Positions 59,452 to 64,000 of a stretch of DNA of 64,000 nt are shown here, one piece after another. The notes beneath the pieces were generated by a model. The model was given only the letters and a program-made list of their open reading frames with translations, made no database searches and had not been told where the DNA came from. Position 1 is the stretch's first letter; each line of letters begins with the position of its first letter. Location: positions 2,405 to 66,404 of the forward strand of contig CAZWMG010000001.1 in assembly GCA_964634945.1 (NCBI GenBank). The letters run 5' to 3'. This stretch comes from an uncultured Planctomycetia bacterium. Lineage in GTDB: Bacteria > Omnitrophota > Gorgyraeia > JABMRG01. The translations under genes were made by a program, and so were the position numbers.

Positions 59452-60708
59452 TTAAGAGATAATAAATACCTTGTCCAGCGGGTAGGCCCTGCGAGGAAAT
59501 TTTATGCCTACCCGCATACCTTTTAAAGCGGTTTTTATAGGGCTATGTTCGAATTGCATCTCTTCTACCACGCAACGGGTCGCTGGTATGCTCTTACCGG
59601 TTACTAAGATGGTGTCACCTATATTTAAGGGGCCTTTTCGGATAAGTATCTCCGCGACGCTTATCTTATTGTAAAATTTTCTCACCTCTCCAAGATAGGC
59701 CTTCTCTGTATTCTTTTCAACAGTGCCGCCGAGTGTATCAGGCTCACCCAGATAAAATCCGTTTTCAAAGCCCCTGTTGTATGATTTTTTTAGCCTTCTG
59801 ATAAGCGTATTCTTAAGCCTTGTATCTAATCGCTTGTCGCAATAAGCGTCTATAGCCTTTCGATAACATATCGAGGCCTCGCTGACATATTCAGGAGGCC
59901 GGTTTCTACCCTCTATTTTGAATGCCTTTACACCGGCCTCTATCATTTTATCCAGAAAACCTATTGTGCACAGGTCCTTCGGGCTTAGAATATAATCGCT
60001 TCCTAGAGAATAACTTGCCTCTTTTTCAATATCCTCAATAAAAAACATCCTCCTGCATGGTTGTAAGCATTCTCCTCTGTTTGCTGACTTGCCAAAAGAT
60101 TTATGTGAAAGAAAACACCTGCCTGATATACTTACACACATAGCGCCGTGGACAAAGCACTCTATACCGCATTTAAGTTTCTCGCCCTGGGCTTTCTGCG
60201 CAATTTTTTTGATATCCTTAAGACTGCACTCCCTTGCCATGACTATTCTTTTTGCCCCAGCCTTGGCATAGTACTTAAATGACTCAAAATTGGATACGCT
60301 TGCCTGTGTCGAGATATGGATGTTAAGCCCTAGTTGTTTGGCTATAGTAAAAACCGCCATATCCCATAAAATAACGCCATCAACCTTTGCCTTGGCAGCT
60401 GCTTTTAGTATAGAGGTCACCTTTTTTATTTCGTTATCATACACAATAACATTTAACGCGAGATAGCCTTTCTTTTTGTTTTTGTGAAGAAGGTTCATGA
60501 TCTTTTTAATCTCGAGTAGGTCAAAGTTCGCGGCACTCTGGCGCATATTTAGGCCCTTTATGCCGAAATAGACACTATCAGCGCCGGAGTCGATCGCGCT
60601 TCGAAGCGCGCACCAACTTCCCGCAGGCGCTGTTAACTCTACTCTGGGGACACCCTTAAGCGCGGATTTGCTCTGTTTTTTTGTGCTTTTATCGGTTTTA
60701 GTAGTCAT
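59452..60708 (-). CDS. U32 family protein (TrhP/RlhA-like)
   Basis: ELTAPAG, GADSVYFG, HISTQAS, FVHGAMCVSISGRC, CLQPCR, KIEGR. Confidence 0.9.
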   Translation of the reverse strand: MTTKTDKSTKKQSKSALKGVPRVELTAPAGSWCALRSAIDSGADSVYFGIKGLNMRQSAANFDLLEIKKIMNLLHKNKKKGYLALNVIVYDNEIKKVTSILKAAAKAKVDGVILWDMAVFTIAKQLGLNIHISTQASVSNFESFKYYAKAGAKRIVMARECSLKDIKKIAQKAQGEKLKCGIECFVHGAMCVSISGRCFLSHKSFGKSANRGECLQPCRRMFFIEDIEKEASYSLGSDYILSPKDLCTIGFLDKMIEAGVKAFKIEGRNRPPEYVSEASICYRKAIDAYCDKRLDTRLKNTLIRRLKKSYNRGFENGFYLGEPDTLGGTVEKNTEKAYLGEVRKFYNKISVAEILIRKGPLNIGDTILVTGKSIPATRCVVEEMQFEHSPIKTALKGMRVGIKFPRRAYPLDKVFIIS

Positions 60709-60764
60709 ATATTAAAACTCGTAAATTTTTGTGTTTTTTTGTGCTTAAGGGTGTCCCCATGCAA

Positions 60765-60803
60765 AAACCGCAAGCTTTTAAATGCTACTTAAGCTTGCGG
60801 TTT
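60765..60803 (-). terminator. hairpin terminator after hflC
   Basis: AAACCGCAAGCTT...AAGCTTGCGGTTT. Confidence 0.6.
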
Positions 60804-60831
60804 AATTGATTTTGCATTTTATTTAAAGGGC

Positions 60832-61794
60832 TTATTTTTTTTCTGTGCTTTTTAAGTATTCAAAGTATTCACTATCAGCGCTTAAGATCATTACGGTATC
60901 TTTATCAACGGTATCTTTATATGTATCCAATGTCTTTATGAAACCGTAAAATTCCGGATCCTGATTATACGCGTCTGCGTAAATATCTATCGCCTCCGCG
61001 TCAGCATCACCTTTTTTCTCCTCAGCTACCTTGTAAGCCTCTGATGTTATCTGCTTAAGTTCTTTTATCATCTGGCCTTCGATTTCCGCCTTCTTTCCCT
61101 GTCCTTCTGAACGGTATTTCTCTGCGGCACGTTTTCTTTCGGAAATCATCCGCTCAAAGACCTTCTGCTGTACCTCTGCTACATAGTTTATCCTCTTTAT
61201 GCGGACATCTATAAGTTCTATGCCGTATTGCGGCACGATCCTGGATGCCTCCGCTAAAATGCCCCGCGTCAATGCCTCACGGCCTATCTGTATCGTATCA
61301 AGCTCTTCATCTACCGATACCGCGTCAGGGTCATTAACCTTATCGGCATTTTCCTCAACTAAGCGATTAGTGTCTCTTACTACTTCAACGAGTTTGTGGC
61401 CCGTAATATAATCTCGTGTAGCGGAATCTACAACATCGTCTAATCTGGCGTGAGCGCCAGCCTCGTTTGTAACGGATTGCAAAAACTTTAAAGGATCTTT
61501 TATCCTCCAGCGCGCGGTTGTATCTACCCAGATATATCTCTTATCTTTTGTAGGAACCTGGTTTGGATCACCATCCCATTGCAATATCCTCTTATCAAAA
61601 TAATTTGCGTGCCTTATAAAAGGTATCTTAAAATGTAGGCCGGCTGCTGTAATAGGTTTTCCGATCGGTTCACCGAACTGCGTTATTACCACCTGCTGTG
61701 TCTGGTCTATTGTATATAACGCGCCACTGCCAAAAAGTAGTATCGCCAGTACAGCAATTGCCGCGGCTATATAGATTAATTTATTCATTAGCAT
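60832..61794 (-). CDS. hflC: protease modulator HflC
   Basis: TQFGEP, GLHFKIPFI, DVRIKRIN, RMISER, DPEFYGF. Confidence 0.92.
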   Translation of the reverse strand: MLMNKLIYIAAAIAVLAILLFGSGALYTIDQTQQVVITQFGEPIGKPITAAGLHFKIPFIRHANYFDKRILQWDGDPNQVPTKDKRYIWVDTTARWRIKDPLKFLQSVTNEAGAHARLDDVVDSATRDYITGHKLVEVVRDTNRLVEENADKVNDPDAVSVDEELDTIQIGREALTRGILAEASRIVPQYGIELIDVRIKRINYVAEVQQKVFERMISERKRAAEKYRSEGQGKKAEIEGQMIKELKQITSEAYKVAEEKKGDADAEAIDIYADAYNQDPEFYGFIKTLDTYKDTVDKDTVMILSADSEYFEYLKSTEKK

Positions 61795-62797
61795 CCTTGC
61801 CTTCTCCCAACCTTAACAAAGGTAATATACCCTGTTGGTTCGGGTCAATTATATATTTCTTGCCTGCCTTAGGTATTACCTCATGCATTGTTTCAAGGTA
61901 AAGGCGCTTTCTTGTAACATCTTGCGCGTTTTTATAAGCGTTCCAAACAGCTGAAAATTTCGCGGCGTCACCCTTTGCTTCGTTAATCCTGTTTAAGGCA
62001 TAACCTTCAGACTCTTTAATGGTCTTTTCGGCGTTACCGCGTGCCGCCGGAATAGCCTTATTGTATGCCTCCCAGGCCTGATTTATGACCTTCTCTTTTT
62101 CCTGCTTTGCCTCGTTTACCTCGTTAAAGGACGGCTTAACAGGGTCCGGTGGGTTTACGTCCTGAAGTTTTACCGTGACTATCTGGATACCGCTGTCATA
62201 GCTGTCAAGTATCTCCTGCAGCTGTTTCTGAACCTCTATATTTAATTCAACCCTGCGGGTAGTAAGAACCTCGCTTACAGAGTTATCGCCGACAACCTGC
62301 CTCATAACGGCCTCGGATATATTGCGTATTGTATCTCTTGGGTTTCTTATATTGAATAGTAGCTTAACAGGGTCCTTTACCTTAAACTGTATAATCCACT
62401 CAACTATGATAGCGTTTAGGTCTCCTGTAAGCATGAGAGATTCGTCAAAATATTGTTTCTGGGAATAACGTGTGACGACGCCTGATTTAAGCGTCCTGAA
62501 ACCAAACTCTTCTTTAAAGATGTACTTTACCTTTACCTTGTCAACCTTTTCTACTCCGAAAGGTATCTTGATGTGCAGGCCGGGATTTGTAGTGCGGGTG
62601 TATTTACCAAATCGCCTTACTACACCAACCTCATCAGGGCCCACTGAATAGAGGCCTGATATCAGAAAGACTATAATCAACAGCGCGGCGATTATAAACG
62701 GCGCATATTTGATAACCTCCGGCAGTTTTTTCTTACCGGCATTTATAATTTCTTCCGGGTTTATCGGGCCTTTAAAAGGTGTATTCTCAAAATCCAT
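61781..62797 (-). CDS. hflK: protease modulator HflK
   Basis: GVVRRFG, MLTGD, DVNPP, VTRKRLYLETM. Confidence 0.92.
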   Translation of the reverse strand: MDFENTPFKGPINPEEIINAGKKKLPEVIKYAPFIIAALLIIVFLISGLYSVGPDEVGVVRRFGKYTRTTNPGLHIKIPFGVEKVDKVKVKYIFKEEFGFRTLKSGVVTRYSQKQYFDESLMLTGDLNAIIVEWIIQFKVKDPVKLLFNIRNPRDTIRNISEAVMRQVVGDNSVSEVLTTRRVELNIEVQKQLQEILDSYDSGIQIVTVKLQDVNPPDPVKPSFNEVNEAKQEKEKVINQAWEAYNKAIPAARGNAEKTIKESEGYALNRINEAKGDAAKFSAVWNAYKNAQDVTRKRLYLETMHEVIPKAGKKYIIDPNQQGILPLLRLGEGKDANE

Positions 62798-62847
62798 TAT
62801 AGTTCCTTATTGTTTGTTAATGAGTATGTGATACTACTCTAAATAGG

Positions 62848-63474
62848 CTAACGTGTCAAGCTATTTAAATAAATAATATCTTTAAGCGGACGCTTTGGGA
62901 CGTGAAGAGTTCCTTTTTTATCAAGGTAGTATTTTACTGAACCTGCAAACCTCGCTATCTTTGATTTCATTTTTGGGTAGCCAAGGGCGATTACCGAATC
63001 TATCTCAAGGCGCCTTGGTATAGAAAACGCTTTTTTAATGCCAACCTTGTTTACCGCGCCAAGCCAACAGCTTGCTATACCTTTTGATTGCGCGAATAGC
63101 ATGATATTCTCCGCTGCCGCGCCTACGTCGCGCAGGTCAGGGCTGAAGGAATACCTTATCGCGTCCTCATCTCGCTTTAAAACAGAGTGGGATACCTTGG
63201 ACTTACTAATCAATATAATAATATAAGCTACAGGCTCACAGCCGGGATTAGGATTACCATCCGGATAGACATAACCGGCCCATTTTAAATGCTTAAATGT
63301 TTTATCGCAAAGGTCTTTCTGATTAATAACCAGGTATTCTAAGGGCTGCATATTTGCCGCTGATGGCGCTACTCTGGCACAGTTCACCATTTGCTGTAAG
63401 AGTTTTATATTGATCTTACGCGCCTGGAAATTCCTGATAGATCTCCTGGATAGAATCGTTTTATATATATCCAT
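62848..63474 (-). CDS. nitroreductase family protein
   Basis: RRSIRNF, APSAANMQP, DVGAAAENIML, GIASCW, LGYP. Confidence 0.9.
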   Translation of the reverse strand: MDIYKTILSRRSIRNFQARKINIKLLQQMVNCARVAPSAANMQPLEYLVINQKDLCDKTFKHLKWAGYVYPDGNPNPGCEPVAYIIILISKSKVSHSVLKRDEDAIRYSFSPDLRDVGAAAENIMLFAQSKGIASCWLGAVNKVGIKKAFSIPRRLEIDSVIALGYPKMKSKIARFAGSVKYYLDKKGTLHVPKRPLKDIIYLNSLTR

Positions 63475-63476
63475 AA

Positions 63477-64000
63477 TTACCGTTTCGGCCTACTGTAACG
63501 CTTACTAAAGCAGTCACGAATAAAAGTCTTTACTGTCTTCTTGTTAATTAAAGGTATGCTCTCGTCTTCTGTCATGCCTTTTTTAGTATAATCTATCTTA
63601 AGCTTCTCGCTCCATAATATCTTGGCCTTTTTTGTATCAATAACAGTAAAGACCACTTCCTGGAACGCGTAGCTTTCGGTGGTTAACATGTCGTAAGCTA
63701 TCGCGTATGTACCCAATAAAAGATCCACGGGATCCTTATCTGACCAGAAAAAGGTTACAAGATTACAGCTTATGGCTATATCGGAATCCTCTTTCCTATC
63801 AACTATCTCAAATACTATGCTCTTTCTATTGCTAAGGGCGTCTTTGAGCTCCTTGGCAAGGGCATCGGCATCGGCCTTGTTGTTATCCGAAAGATTCTCA
63901 ATAGGCGGGATATAGACCTTTGTAACGGCCTTTTTTCTGAATAGGTTGTATAGGTTTGTCTTGTCCTTACAAAAGCCATGGCTTGAGATGACCAGAACTA
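63477..64000 (-). CDS. hypothetical exported protein, 5'-partial
   Basis: Frame stays open from 63477 to the window end (VLVISSHGFCKDKTNLY...KVYIPPIEN...). Confidence 0.65.
   Translation of the reverse strand, partial: VLVISSHGFCKDKTNLYNLFRKKAVTKVYIPPIENLSDNNKADADALAKELKDALSNRKSIVFEIVDRKEDSDIAISCNLVTFFWSDKDPVDLLLGTYAIAYDMLTTESYAFQEVVFTVIDTKKAKILWSEKLKIDYTKKGMTEDESIPLINKKTVKTFIRDCFSKRYSRPKR

Overview
About 64 kb of roughly 38-40% GC bacterial chromosome with essentially every real gene on the minus strand. The gene families and giant exported proteins suggest Candidatus Omnitrophota (inference only). The right ~40 kb is mostly ordinary: split GMP synthase, UvrD/PcrA, DnaQ-like exonuclease, MoxR-DUF58-BatABCDE, rlmN, pyruvate kinase, ppiC, greA, aspD-aspT, rlmB, U32 protein, hflKC and a tRNA-Ala(CGC). 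The notable locus is 6.7-23.3 kb, which holds two giant N-terminally exported proteins (2759 and 2314 aa) built like polyproteins. In both, cargo modules are separated by one recurring linker, [KR]-[ASTP]-S-S-[SAG]-G, and both end in a helix followed by -SA/-SAA. Giant 1 carries a TraB/TIKI/EreA-like N-terminal domain, a HEAT-like plus clan-CD-like protease module, a GHKL ATPase module and two paralogous methyltransferase-like modules. Giant 2 is three copies of a unit made of a 31-aa TALE/mTERF-like repeat array (14, 5 and 12 repeats) fused to a degenerate sigma-70 region 2-3. Together they are a candidate exported, proteolytically processed effector system that includes modular repeat-sigma transcription effectors. 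Two perfect 50/54-bp palindromes, a WYL-type operator and several REP-like hairpins are also present. All domain calls were made by eye from motifs; no database search was run.
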